The position numbers were made by a program, and so were the translations under genes. Shown piece after piece: positions 1 to 10,569 of a stretch of DNA of 64,000 nucleotides. The stretch's first letter is position 1. Each line of letters opens with the position of its first letter. The DNA comes from an uncultured delta proteobacterium (GTDB lineage Bacteria > Myxococcota_A > UBA9160 > SZUA-336), in NCBI GenBank assembly GCA_963704165.1, contig CAVPHD010000005.1, forward strand, positions 64,001 to 128,000. The letters are read 5' to 3'. Below the pieces are notes generated by a model that had not been told where the DNA came from, did no database searches, and saw only the letters and a program-made list of their open reading frames with translations.

Positions 1-981
1 GTGAAATGCGGCGCCTCTGCGTCCGCCGCGGAACAGGCAAGCGCAGTAGCCGGCGAGGATCGCGAGCAAGAGCCAGATCGACACGTTGACCGAAGTGAGC
101 GAGTGGATCAGAGACACCGCACTGACGTTGAAGTTCTCGAGCGGATAGGGCTTGGCGAGCAGCCGCTGCGTGACCGCGAACCAGTCGAGCCAACACGACA
201 CGGACGCGAAGAACCATGAACCCGCGCCGATCCCGAGCAGGGATCCGGTGCCGAGCCCCGCGATTCCGAAGCGCAGGTCGCGCCCCCGACCGCGCAGCGC
301 CCAGGTGGCGAGGAGCAGCACGGGAACCAGGGCGAGATTCGGCTTGAACACCACGAGCAGCGCGGTGAGAACGCCGCCGATGAAGACGCCGCGAGCGTCG
401 CTCCTGTGCAGCGCCGCCAGCGCGGCGACCCCTCCGGCGAACTGCAACCGGTTCACGTTCGCGGCCTGCACGTCGGATTGCAGAGGGCCGAACCAGAGCA
501 GGATCAGCGTCCCCGCGAGAAGCGTCCCCGGCCAGGAATACCCGAGCATCCGGCACAGACCGATCAGCCCGAGAACGAACGTGAGACTCCCGAGGAGCTG
601 GTACGTGAAGTAATCGCGGTCGTAGTCACCGCTCGCGAGCGAGCCGATCACCGCGTAGTAGAACGGCGTCGAGATCGGATCGAGCAGGTCGGGGTTCGTC
701 CGCTGGTTCCACTCGGCCGCGTCGCGAAATCGCGCCGACTCGGGCAGGCTTCGCGCGCGCTCCAGGTTCTCGAGTCCGACCCGCTGGCTGGTCTCGACGG
801 TGTACAGCGTGTCGCGCGCCGGGCCCGAAGCCGCGCGGCTCATGACCCAGAACTGGTAGTAGTCGACCCCGAGCGAGCGCTGCACGGCCTGCACGCCGTA
901 GAGCAGGGCGCACAGAAAGAGCGCGGCGGCCAGGAGCCCGGTCGTGTCCGAAACCAGAGCGCGTGCGCGATCGTGAGACAC
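1..981 (-). CDS. Polytopic membrane protein, probable glycosyltransferase family 87 (DUF2029)-like; partial, runs off the left edge
   Basis: Read manually (absent from the ORF track because it has no stop in the window). GTG at 981, open frame to base 1. Contains 'DYYQFW' near the N-terminus, many hydrophobic helices and 'LLVVFKPNLALVPVLLL' (KP motif typical of GT87). Confidence 0.55.
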   Translation of the reverse strand, partial: MSHDRARALVSDTTGLLAAALFLCALLYGVQAVQRSLGVDYYQFWVMSRAASGPARDTLYTVETSQRVGLENLERARSLPESARFRDAAEWNQRTNPDLLDPISTPFYYAVIGSLASGDYDRDYFTYQLLGSLTFVLGLIGLCRMLGYSWPGTLLAGTLILLWFGPLQSDVQAANVNRLQFAGGVAALAALHRSDARGVFIGGVLTALLVVFKPNLALVPVLLLATWALRGRGRDLRFGIAGLGTGSLLGIGAGSWFFASVSCWLDWFAVTQRLLAKPYPLENFNVSAVSLIHSLTSVNVSIWLLLAILAGYCACLFRGGRRGAAFH

Positions 982-1262
982 CTAAGCGAACGCCGCCGTC
1001 ATCGAGTCATCGTGCGCTCGCGTCACGCGGTTCTCCTCGGTCCGCAGTGTACGCCCAGAGGCTCCACATCGCGCGCCGGCCCGCTCGGGCGTCGCGTGCG
1101 GCCAGCTGGACCGGCAGCGGGACTTCGGTGCCGGGAGTCGTGACGCTCGTGGTCCAGAGCCCGCGTCCTTCGAGCAGGTGTCGAAGCGCGCGCGCACCTT
1201 CTGCTCGCGCCCGCTCGAGTGCAGCGCGCCCGCGCCAGCGCCGTAGTAGGATCGCGCCCACG

Positions 1263-2042
1263 ATGTCCAAGCTCTCCTTGCTCTCGAGATCGATCGCCGG
1301 CCGCGGGGCGCTCGTGACCGGCGCCGCCAGCGGCATGGGCCGGGCCACCGCGCATCTCTTCGCCGACGAGGGCGCGCAGGTTGCGGTCACGGACCTGAAC
1401 GCCGAAGGCGTCGAGCGCGTGGTCGACGAGATCCGCGCCGCCGGCGGCACCGCGCGCGGCTGGGTGATGAACGTCGCGGACGACGCGGATGTCGCGCGCG
1501 TCGTGCCCGAGATCGCGGCCGCGTTCGGCCGGCTCGACATCGTGATCAACAACGCGGGCATGGTGCGCTTCGCGAAGATCGACGCCGACGACTTCATGGC
1601 GCACTGGGACGCGTCGCTCTCCGTGCTGCTCACGGCTCACGTTCGCGTGATCCGCGCCTCGCTGCCGTTCCTGCGCAGGTCCGACGCCGCGCGGATCGTC
1701 AACATCGCCTCGACCGAGGCGCTCGGCGCGACGAAGTTCGGCAGCCCCTACACCGCCGCGAAGACCGGAGTGGTCGGTCTGACGCGCGCGCTGGCCGTCG
1801 AGTTCGGCTCCGAGCGCATCACCGTGAACTGCATCTGTCCCGGGCCGATCCGCACCGCGATGACCGCCCCGGTTCCGGAGGAGCACAAGCTGATCTTCGC
1901 GCGAAGACGCGTCGCGCTCGAGCGCTACGCGGAGCCCGAAGAGGTCGCGCACGCGACGCTGAACTTCTGCCTGCCCGCGTCGCAGTACATCACCGGCGCG
2001 GTGCTGCCCGTCGATGGCGGCATGACGATCAGGAACGCGTAG
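1263..2042 (+). CDS. Short-chain dehydrogenase/reductase (SDR)
   Basis: TGAASGMG, NNAG, YTAAK and 'VNCICPGPIRT' motifs. Start placed at ATG 1263 (MSKLSLL). Confidence 0.93.
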   Translation: MSKLSLLSRSIAGRGALVTGAASGMGRATAHLFADEGAQVAVTDLNAEGVERVVDEIRAAGGTARGWVMNVADDADVARVVPEIAAAFGRLDIVINNAGMVRFAKIDADDFMAHWDASLSVLLTAHVRVIRASLPFLRRSDAARIVNIASTEALGATKFGSPYTAAKTGVVGLTRALAVEFGSERITVNCICPGPIRTAMTAPVPEEHKLIFARRRVALERYAEPEEVAHATLNFCLPASQYITGAVLPVDGGMTIRNA

Positions 2043-3204
2043 CGCGCCTGGCGAGCAGAGCCAGCGCCGCGAACGAACAGATCCCGCCGAGCGTGAAGAC
2101 CGCGCCGTAGCCCGCGGCTTCGGCGACGTAGCCCAAGGCGAGGGAGCCGATCGAGAAGCCGACGTTGAAGGCGCCGTTGTAGACGGCCATGACCTTGCCG
2201 CGCACGTCGTCCTCCGCACCCTCGACGACCAGCGCGTTCAGTGCGGGGTAGAAGAGCCCGTGCGCCAGGCCGAGCAGCGCTCCGATCCACGAGTAGGCCA
2301 TCGCTCCGAGCGCGAACATCGCGATCGGCGCGGTGCCGTAGATGGCGAGCGCGAAGCGCGTGACTTCGATCCGTCCCAGCCGGTCCGCCACCCCGCCGAA
2401 GAGGCTGCGCATGATCACCGCAGCCAGCGAGTACGCGACCAGGAAATCGGCGACGCGTGTGATGCCGAGCGAGAGCGCGTACGGCTGGTGGAACGTGAAC
2501 ATCGCGCCGAACGTGACACCAGCCAGGCCCGACGCGAGCAGGATCGAGACGATGCCCGGCCGGGCGAGCACGTCGCGGAGCCCGGGGACCTCGCGCGCCT
2601 CGCCGCGCGTGTGCGGACGCTCGCGCACGGCGATCAACAGCAGTCCCGAAAGGATGGCCATCGCCGCGGTGGCTTCGAAAACCGCGTCCCAGCCGGCCGC
2701 GTTCGCGAGCCACTCCGATGCAGCCGGGGCGAGCGCGTTGGTCGAGACCATCATCGCGCCGAAGATCCCGAGCGCCTGGCCGAGCCTGCGCGGCGGTGCG
2801 AGGTCTGCGGCCAGCGTCGAGGCCGCGACGAAGAAGAGCGTGAACGCGAAGCCGTGCACGATGCGAAGAAGCACGAGCCAGACTCCGAGCGAATCCACTC
2901 CGAGGAACCCCAGGCTCGTGAGCGTCATCAGCCCGGCGCCGACGTAGGCGAGCGGCAGGCGTCCGCGCCGATCGATCCAGACGCCGACGAATCCGACCAG
3001 CGCCACGCTCGCGAACCAGGTGAGCGAGGAGATCCCGCCGATCTCCGACGGATTCGCGTGCAGCTCGAGCTCCAGGAACTTCGGCAGCAGGAAGTACGCG
3101 GAGTGCGCGAGTCCGAATGCGAGCGTCGCGGCGAGCAACGCCACGAACTCGCGCGTGAGCACGGGCGGGTCTTCGAGCTCGCTCACGGTCTCGGCGGACG
3201 GCAC
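2029..3204 (-). CDS. MFS transporter
   Basis: About 12 hydrophobic segments, with motif-A-like 'IDRRGR' and 'ADRLGR'. Start is approximate; the upstream part of the 716-aa ORF is antisense to the next gene. Confidence 0.88.
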   Translation of the reverse strand: MPSAETVSELEDPPVLTREFVALLAATLAFGLAHSAYFLLPKFLELELHANPSEIGGISSLTWFASVALVGFVGVWIDRRGRLPLAYVGAGLMTLTSLGFLGVDSLGVWLVLLRIVHGFAFTLFFVAASTLAADLAPPRRLGQALGIFGAMMVSTNALAPAASEWLANAAGWDAVFEATAAMAILSGLLLIAVRERPHTRGEAREVPGLRDVLARPGIVSILLASGLAGVTFGAMFTFHQPYALSLGITRVADFLVAYSLAAVIMRSLFGGVADRLGRIEVTRFALAIYGTAPIAMFALGAMAYSWIGALLGLAHGLFYPALNALVVEGAEDDVRGKVMAVYNGAFNVGFSIGSLALGYVAEAAGYGAVFTLGGICSFAALALLARRATRS

Positions 3205-3228
3205 GGCGCACCGTGATAGCATTCTCCG

Positions 3229-4422
3229 GTGGCGCTTGCGCTCACCGGGCTGCGAGTTTGGAAGGGCGCGAGCGAGGAGCTCGAGCCCGCGCGTGCGACG
3301 CTTCGCATCGAGGGCGAGCGGATCGCGGCGCTCGGCCCCGCCGTCCGGCCGGGGGCGGACGACCCGACGATCGCGCTCGACGGGGCGACCGCGCTGCCCG
3401 GATTGATCGACGCGCACGTGCACATGACGCTCGATCCGGCGATACGCGCGCCCGCGGACCAGCTGGCGGTCGCGGCCGGAACCGCGGTCGCGGCGATGGC
3501 GGCGCGCGCGCGCGCGATGGTCGAGGCGGGAATCACGACCGCGCGCGATCTCGGCGGCGGCGAGTTCCGCGAGCTCGCGCTCCGCGATCGCATCGCGAGC
3601 TTCGAGATCCCGGGTCCACGGCTGCTCTGTGCGGGCCAACCGGTCACGACTCCGAAGGGGCACTGCTGGTTCTGGGGCGGCGAGGCGCGCGGCGAGGACG
3701 ACGTGCGCGCGGTCGTGCGCCGCCAGGTGGAGCACGGCACCGATCTGATCAAGGTGATGGCGACCGGGGGCGTGCTCACCGAGGGCACGAAACCCTCGGA
3801 CGCCCAGTTCGAGCAGCACGAGCTCGACGCGATCGTCGCCGAAGCCCGCGCGCACGGCCGGCACACGGCGGCGCACTGCCACGGCACGACGGGAATCGAG
3901 CGCGCGGCGATCGCGGGCGTGCGCACGATCGAGCACTGCTCGTTCGCGAGCGAGCAGGGATTCGGCGGCGCGCCGCCGCCCGAGCTCGTGTCGCTGATCG
4001 CGCGCGCCGGCTCGTTCGTCTCGCCGACGATCAACACGGGCTACGCGCGCTTCTTCGGCGAGCACGGCGCGCCCGGGAAGTTCGCGACCCGAATGGGCGA
4101 GGCCTACACGGCCTTGCGTCGCGCGGGAGTTCCATTCATCGCATCGACGGACGCCGGAATTCCCAACGTCGCACACCACCGCCTGCCCGAGGCCCTGGCC
4201 GTGTTCGCGCGTCTCGCGGGCCTGCGTCCCGTCGAGGCCCTGCGCGCGGCGACCTCCGAGAGCGCGCGTGCTCTCGGCCTCGCCGGGGTCACGGGTGAGC
4301 TTCGTGCGGGGCTCTGCGCCGACGTGATCGTCGTCGATGGAAACCCGCTCGAGGACCTATCGGCGCTGCTTCGTCCGATCCTGGTCGTCGCGCGAGGGCG
4401 CGTCGTCCGGCGGCGAGACTAG
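3229..4422 (+). CDS. Amidohydrolase family metal-dependent hydrolase (prolidase/imidazolonepropionase-like)
   Basis: PGLIDAHVH, GITTARDLG, IKVMATGG, AAHCHG, TIEH and STDAG motifs. Confidence 0.92.
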   Translation: MALALTGLRVWKGASEELEPARATLRIEGERIAALGPAVRPGADDPTIALDGATALPGLIDAHVHMTLDPAIRAPADQLAVAAGTAVAAMAARARAMVEAGITTARDLGGGEFRELALRDRIASFEIPGPRLLCAGQPVTTPKGHCWFWGGEARGEDDVRAVVRRQVEHGTDLIKVMATGGVLTEGTKPSDAQFEQHELDAIVAEARAHGRHTAAHCHGTTGIERAAIAGVRTIEHCSFASEQGFGGAPPPELVSLIARAGSFVSPTINTGYARFFGEHGAPGKFATRMGEAYTALRRAGVPFIASTDAGIPNVAHHRLPEALAVFARLAGLRPVEALRAATSESARALGLAGVTGELRAGLCADVIVVDGNPLEDLSALLRPILVVARGRVVRRRD

Positions 4423-5093
4423 GTTCTCCGCTGCCACGGCTCCGAGAAGAACCAGTCGAGCGCCTCGGGCAGGAAGTCGGCCGACGGCCAGTGCTTGCCG
4501 CCCTGGTCGACGCGAAACTCGACGGTGTAGCCTGCCTTGCGCAGGTTCTCGCGCATCGGAACGGCGATCTGCTCGAACGGAAAGAGCTCGTCGTGCGTGC
4601 CGTACTCGAGCAGGATCTCGGGCTTGCGTGCGCCGGCGAGGTCGAACGTCGTGTCGAGCGCGATGAAGCCGGCAGCCCAGCCCATCACGGCGCGAAACAG
4701 GTGCGCGTTCGAGAGGCCCACCGAGAGCGCGTAGCTCGCGCCATCGGAGTAGCCGAGCAGCGCCTGGCGGCCGGGGTCGATCGGGTAGCGCCGGTAGATC
4801 AGGTCGTAGGCGAACTCCAGGAAGTCCAGGTCGGACCGCTCGGGACTCGCGATCAAGTCCCAGGTGGAGAGCCGCGAGCGCGGCACCAGGAAGAGCGCGT
4901 CGCGTCGCTCGGGCTCGTCGCGACACGCCTTCACGAGCATCTCGTCCTGGCGGCCGGCACCGTGCAGCACGGTGATCAGCGGGTAGCGTCTTCCCGGGTC
5001 GATCTCGCTCGGCGTGAGCAGCACCGCGCGCGATTCACCGCGCTCGATCCACACGTGCCCCGTCGGCGACGGCTCCTCGCGCGGTTCCGGCAT
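4419..5093 (-). CDS. Phospholipase/carboxylesterase family alpha/beta hydrolase
   Basis: LHGAG, GYSDG nucleophile elbow, GTHDELF and GGKHW. Start at ATG 5093 (MPEPREE). Confidence 0.85.
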   Translation of the reverse strand: MPEPREEPSPTGHVWIERGESRAVLLTPSEIDPGRRYPLITVLHGAGRQDEMLVKACRDEPERRDALFLVPRSRLSTWDLIASPERSDLDFLEFAYDLIYRRYPIDPGRQALLGYSDGASYALSVGLSNAHLFRAVMGWAAGFIALDTTFDLAGARKPEILLEYGTHDELFPFEQIAVPMRENLRKAGYTVEFRVDQGGKHWPSADFLPEALDWFFSEPWQRRT

Positions 5094-5205
5094 CCTTGTG
5101 CTCGATGCGCAGCGCCAGCGTGTCCATCCGGTCTCCGGCTCGATGGAAAGGGAGCATATCGAGATCTCGCACCGACGTACCTGTGGCTCGATCGAGGCCG
5201 GCCCG

Positions 5206-5761
5206 CTAGCTCCTCGGCGGTCGCGTCGCGAGCTTGCGCTGCAGCGTCCGGCGGTGAAGGCCGAGCGCTCGCGCCGCCTTCGAGATGTTCCCGCCGCAGT
5301 CGCCGAGCACCCGCTGGATGTGCTCCCACTCGACGCGGTGCAGGGACGGAGCCTTCGCCGGATCCGTCGTGGCGACGGATGAGCTGTCCCCGACGCCCTG
5401 CGTGAACGCGCGCAGGACGTCGTCGGCATCGACCGGTTTGGTCAGGTAGTGACGCGCGCCGCGCCGCACCGCCTCGAGCGCCGTCGAGATGCTGCCGTAT
5501 CCGGTCAGCACGACGCTGATCAGGTCTGGATGCTCGCGCAAGAGCTCGCGGACCAGATCGAGGCCCGAGTCTTCGCCGAGGCGCAGGTCGATCACCGCGC
5601 GCTGCGGGCGGAACGAGCGGGCCACGCGGATGGCCTCGTCGGCGGAGTGTGCTTCGGCGACCTCGACCCCGCGCGAGCGCAGTGCCCGCGCCAGACGCGT
5701 GCGAAACGGCTCGTCGTCGTCGGCCAGCAGGTAGCGCGTCGCGTCGCTCTCAGGACTTCAT
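5206..5761 (-). CDS. regA: RegA/PrrA/ActR-type response regulator; start disconnected by an apparent 1-bp insertion near 5758
   Basis: The receiver 'YLLADDDEPFRTRLARAL' continues upstream of the listed ORF. C-terminal 'VEWEHIQRVL..GNISKAARALGLHRRTLQRKL' is the RegA signature. Confidence 0.85.
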
Positions 5762-7082
5762 GGGTCGAGGTACTCGTGGCGGCGACCGGCCACTCGACGT
5801 CGGCCGTCGTGCCGACGCCGGGTTCGGAAGCGAGCTGCAACCTGCCACCGAGCCGCTCCGTGTGCAAACGCAGCACGAACAGACCGAGCCCGGTTCCCTG
5901 GCCGGGTGGTCGCGTCGTGAAGAACGGCTCGCTCGCGTGCTCGAGCACCTCCGGGCTCATGCCGTGTCCGCGATCGCCGACGACGACGCGAACCCGATCG
6001 CCTTCGTGCGCGACGTCGACGCGCACCCGCCCGCCGTCGGGAGATGCCGCGAGCGCGTTGCGGACGAGCGGGAAGACCACGGCCTTGAAGTCGGAGCGCG
6101 CGCCGAGCTCCGCGCCCGCGTCCGCAGCGACGTCGAGATCGATTCGCTCCGCATCCGCGCCGAACTCCTCGACGCCGAGCAAGCCGCGGATCTCGCGTGC
6201 GCGCAGCGGCGCCTCGTCGGGCGTTCCGATGCGATCGACACGAGCGCTCATGCGATCGAGGATCGCCCGGCAGCGATCGACCTCGGCGCGAAGCAGGCGC
6301 GCGTCGTCGGCCCACGGCAGGAGCTCGGACGAGCGCTCGGCCTCACGCGCGAGCTCGCCGGCGATCACCGCGATCGTTCCGAGCGGCGAGCCGAGCTCGT
6401 GCGCGGCGCCGGCCGCGAGCGTGGTCAGCGATGCGAGTCGCGCGTTTCGCGCGGCGATCTCGCCCACGCGGCGCAGGCTCGCCTCCTGCGCGTGAAGCGT
6501 CGTGGTGATTCTCCCGATGAAGTACGTGATCACGATCGCGACGACTGCCACCGCGATCCACATGCCCACCGCGTGCATGCCGACGTCCATGCCTGCAGAA
6601 ACCGGTCCGTGCCAGAAGTGGTGGGTCTCGTGCCAGCGAAACACCGCCGCATATCCCGCGGCCGAGAGGCCCGCGATGAGCCAGGTCGCGCGCGCGCTGC
6701 CGGTCATCGCCGCCATCGCGACGTGTACGGTGTAGAGGGCGCTGAACGGGTTGTCGGGACCGCCGGTCAGGTAAAGCAGGGCGGTGAACAGGAGCGTGTC
6801 GAAGATCAGCGTGGCGATCGCGAGCAGCGGCGCCCGGGCACTCGACCAGGCGCGGGGCAGAAGCGCGAGATTCGATACCACCGTCGCCGCCGGAATCAGC
6901 CAGAGCATCGGGTAGGGCAGGTCGACGCGCAGGAACCGATCCGCGAAGACCAGCGCCGCGGCCTGCCCGCCCGCGGCGAGGAAGCGCAGCGGGACCAACC
7001 AGCGCAGGACGAGCGAGTACGGGGACTCCGTCGAGAACGGAGTGGGCGCGGCGTGATCGAAGAGGGTGGATTTCGTGGTCAC
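5750..7082 (-). CDS. regB: RegB/PrrB/ActS-type membrane sensor histidine kinase
   Basis: Multiple TM helices, 'GGPDNPF', H-box 'AAGAAHELGSPL' and HATPase 'DRGHGM..EPFFTT..GTGLGL'. As sequenced it reads through to 5592; removing one base near 5758 gives a stop at 5750. Confidence 0.85.
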
Positions 7083-7121
7083 GAGAGGCGCAGATTCTAG
7101 ATCACGTGCGGTCCGCGGCGC

Positions 7122-8030
7122 TCAGCGCGATTCGATTCTGCCGAGGTCTCCGATCATGCACTTCACCGAGCCGCCGCCTTTCTTGTGGAATTCGGAGACG
7201 TCGGCGGTGACGACGCGCGTGCCCCGGGCGCGCACTTCGTCGGCGAGTCGCGGCGAAACGCCCTGCGGCATGACCAGGTGCGGCTCTCCACCCGCTTCGA
7301 GCGCGAACGAGTTCGCGGCGTAGATCGCCGCGTCGGCTTCGCCGATCTCGATCAGGCGATCACCGAAGCGCGCGCGCAGCTCGGAGACCGAGCGGGGGTG
7401 GAGGACCGGCACGTACGCGAGCAGGGACTCCCGCCCGGCGCCGAACGAACACAGACAGGTGTCGCCGTGGTAGTAGCGTTCGTCCACGAGCTCGACGCGA
7501 AGCACGGGCCTTTCGAGCGGGACCAGCGCCTCGATCTCGTCGAGCGCTCGAGGATCGCTGCGGAAGCCATACACCCGCTTCCACGGCGGCCAGCCGATCC
7601 GCGGCACGAAGCGCTGGCGCCGGATCCGGCCGTGGGTGAACAGGAACACGTCACCGGCAGGGAAGAGGTCCGCCTCGCCCTCGAATCGCGCGCCGATCGT
7701 CGCGCAACGAAGACCGAGGGATTCGATCACGTCGCGGTAGATCGGCTGCTCGCCCGCGCGCGTCGGCGTGAGATTCGAGAGCACGAACACGTCGCGGTGT
7801 CGGAATCCGGCGTTCGCGGGGTAGACGAGACCCGGGTGAGCGGGATCGGACGGCACGACGGCGACGGAGAGGCCCAGCTCCCGAAGCAGGTCGCGCATTC
7901 GGCCCCACTGCGCGATCGCGAGCGTTCGGTCCACGGACTTGCGTCGCCCGTACTTGTCGCGCGTGTGGGGATTCGCGCCACCGACGACGGAGAAGTGCGC
8001 CGGGTCGCCCATCAGGACCACGTGTCTCAT
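7122..8030 (-). CDS. Amidinotransferase/dimethylarginase (pentein) family hydrolase
   Basis: 'VYPANAG', 'FEGEAD', 'YYHGDT' and C-terminal 'GGGSVKC' (catalytic His/Cys). Start ATG 8030 overlaps the upstream stop. Confidence 0.85.
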   Translation of the reverse strand: MRHVVLMGDPAHFSVVGGANPHTRDKYGRRKSVDRTLAIAQWGRMRDLLRELGLSVAVVPSDPAHPGLVYPANAGFRHRDVFVLSNLTPTRAGEQPIYRDVIESLGLRCATIGARFEGEADLFPAGDVFLFTHGRIRRQRFVPRIGWPPWKRVYGFRSDPRALDEIEALVPLERPVLRVELVDERYYHGDTCLCSFGAGRESLLAYVPVLHPRSVSELRARFGDRLIEIGEADAAIYAANSFALEAGGEPHLVMPQGVSPRLADEVRARGTRVVTADVSEFHKKGGGSVKCMIGDLGRIESR

Positions 8031-9534
8031 TCGAGCGTCGGAAAGCCCGGCCAGACCGCGGGCGGCGCGGCCTGCTCGTGCTCGAGATTCGCCTGTGGGA
8101 ACGTGCAGTACGCGGTCGAGGTCGCGCCCGCGGGTCGGTCGTTGCCGCTGCGCTTCACCCCGCCGAACGGCAGCTTCGACGAGGCGCCGACCGTCGCTGC
8201 GTTCCAGTTCAGGGCGCCGATGCGGAGCGTCCGCGCGGCGCGCTCGTAGACCGCGCGATCGCGGGTGAAGACGCTCGCGGCGAGTCCGAAGTCGGTGGCG
8301 TCGAGCAGGGCGATCCCTTCCTCGGCCGAGCCGACCTCGAGGACGAAGGCGTCGGGGAGGAAGTGCTCCTCGCTCTGGTAACGGCTCGTGCGCTCGTGCG
8401 CGCGGATCCGGTGCAGGCTCGGACGGACGTAGTGACCGGGGCGCGGGCCATCGCAAGGGCCGCCGGGAACGAGCGATTCGGCGCCATCGTCCGCAGCCAG
8501 TGCCAGAACGTGCGCGTGTCGATCGCGCGCGGCGCTCGAGATCAGCGGCCCCATGAAGACGCCTTCCTCCGAGGAGTGCCCGATCGAGATCCCACGAAAG
8601 AGACGAACGAGCTTCTCGCAGAGCGCGTCGGCGATGCCGCGCTCCGCGAAGACGCGGCTCGTCGCGCTGCAGCGCTGTCCCGACGTGACGCACGCTCCGA
8701 AGGCGATCGCGGCGGCGGCCGCGTCGAGGTCGGCGTCCGCGCAGACGAGCACGCCGTTCTTCCCCCCATCTCGAGCGCGACGAGCTTCCAGGGCTGATCC
8801 AGGTTGGCTTCCAGGATGCGCCGACCGACCGCCCACGAGCCGGTGAAGAGCACGCCGTCGAGTCCGCGGTGTGCACAGAGCGAAGCTCCGATCGCGCCGT
8901 CGCCCTGCACCAGGTTCAGGACGCCGCGCGGAAGACCCGCGCGCAGCGCGATCTCGGCGTAGAGCTGACCCGTGGCGGGCGTCTGCTCGGAGGGCTTCAC
9001 CACGACACAGTTCCCGGTCGCGAGCGCCGGCACGACGTGGCCGTGCACCAGGTGCCCGGGAAAATTGAACGGCCCGAGCACCGCGAGCACGCCGCGCGCG
9101 TTCGCACGCCAGCGCCCGACCTGGTTCGGGGCGAGATCGAAGGCGCGCTCCGCGACGAGCTCGAGCCCCTGCGTGAGCGTGATCTCGATCTTCGCGAGCA
9201 TCGCCTGGACTTCCGTACGGGCCTCCCAGACCGGCTTGCCGACCTCGGTCGCGATCACGCGTGCGAGCCGCTCGGCCTCCGCGCGCAGCACATCGGCGAA
9301 GCGGCGCAGGTGCGCGGCGCGCGCCTCTGGTGCAGCGTCGCGCCAGGCCGGCCAGGCCGCGCGTGCCGCGGCAATCGCGCGATCGGCCGAATCCGCCGCG
9401 AACGGGAAGACGCCGAGGCGTGCGCTCGTGTCGCCCGGATCCTCGAGCGCGATCTCGCCGGCGACGCGATCGGGCAGGACGAAGCGGCCGTCGATCAGGT
9501 CGCCGCGCGGCGCGAAGTCGGACGGATCAGCCAT
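8027..9534 (-). CDS. astD: Aldehyde dehydrogenase, AstD-like succinylglutamate-semialdehyde dehydrogenase; frameshift in the G-run at 8762-8767
   Basis: 'GPFNFPGHL', 'KPSE', 'FTGS', LEMGG/KN split across the frameshift, 'SGQRCS', and 'PFGGVKRSGNDRPAG..TAYCTFP' as in AstD. Adjacent to astA. Confidence 0.8.
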
Positions 9535-10569
9535 CGCCTCGCCTCTCTCGCGACGGCGGAAGCGGCGTCCATCCGATCTCGTCGCCCGATCGACAGACCG
9601 AGGCGCTTGCGCGCTTCCCTGGGGATGCGAATCGACGTCGTGCTCGCGCGAGGCGATCGCGGCGACCGCACGGAACACGCCGCCTTCCTCGGTCGAGAGG
9701 ATCGAGGGCGCGTCGACGTCGCCGGTGTCGCCTTCCTCGAGCCGGCCGATGACGGTCTGCGCAACCGGGATGATCTTCGCGACCGGCGCCGAGACGAACG
9801 GACCGCCGTCGAACGGATCGATCTCGTCCTGCCAGTGGAGTCCGGCCTGTTCGAGCAGGCGCAGTGCGGGGATCGCCTCGTCGTGCACGACGCCGATCTG
9901 CGCGGCGACCTGCGGATCGAGCAGCGACGCGTAGAAGGGCGTGGGCGGAAACAGGTCGAGCACGAAGCTCTTGTCGCTCGCGCTCCGCCGATCCGCTTCG
10001 GCGTAGCTCATGCCGGTGAAGCGCCGGCCGAAGGCGTCCCAGAACGCGCTGCGTCCGCGTGCATCGATCGCCGCACGCATCTCGGCGAGGACGATCGTCT
10101 CGAAGCAGCCGCGATTCCGGGCGATGAAAGCGAATCGCCCCCACGAGAGCAGCCGTCCCGGCCAGCCCGGACGACCGCGCATCTCGGGCCGCAGAACCAG
10201 CGAGCCGATCTCGGTCGGGCCGTCGTGAGACGCGCCGAGCTGAAGCGTCGTGTGCGTGACGCGCACGGACGTGCTCGCGGAGTGCCGCGTCTCCTCGCCG
10301 ACGCGCAGGAACAGGTGGGGCATCTCGGGCGTGCCGTGCTTCGAGAGGATCGCCGACGTGCCGACCACCTCGTCGCCCTCGTCGACGAGCACGAACTGGT
10401 ACTCACGCTCGCGGCCCGGAGGTCCCGGCTCGCGAAACGCGCGCTCCGATCTGGCGAGGCGCTGGCGCAGGAATGCGTCGTCGTGCGGCAGGTTCGGGCT
10501 GTCGAGGAACTCCGCGAGCTCCATCACCGCCGGCAGGTCCGACAGCCGCGCTCCGCGCATCAGGAACAC
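9527..10569 (-). CDS. astA: Arginine N-succinyltransferase (AstA family); two small frameshifts near the 3' end
   Basis: 'NLPHD..LRQRLARS', 'GPTEIGSLVL', 'AEMRA..GRSAFWDAFGRRFTGMSYAEAD', 'IGVVH..PALRLLE', 'IDPFDGGP'. Confidence 0.85.

Noticed and set aside
982..1197. 71-aa ORF abutting the GT87-like gene
   Set aside because: Arg/Ala/Ser-rich composition typical of non-coding high-GC frames, with no motif.
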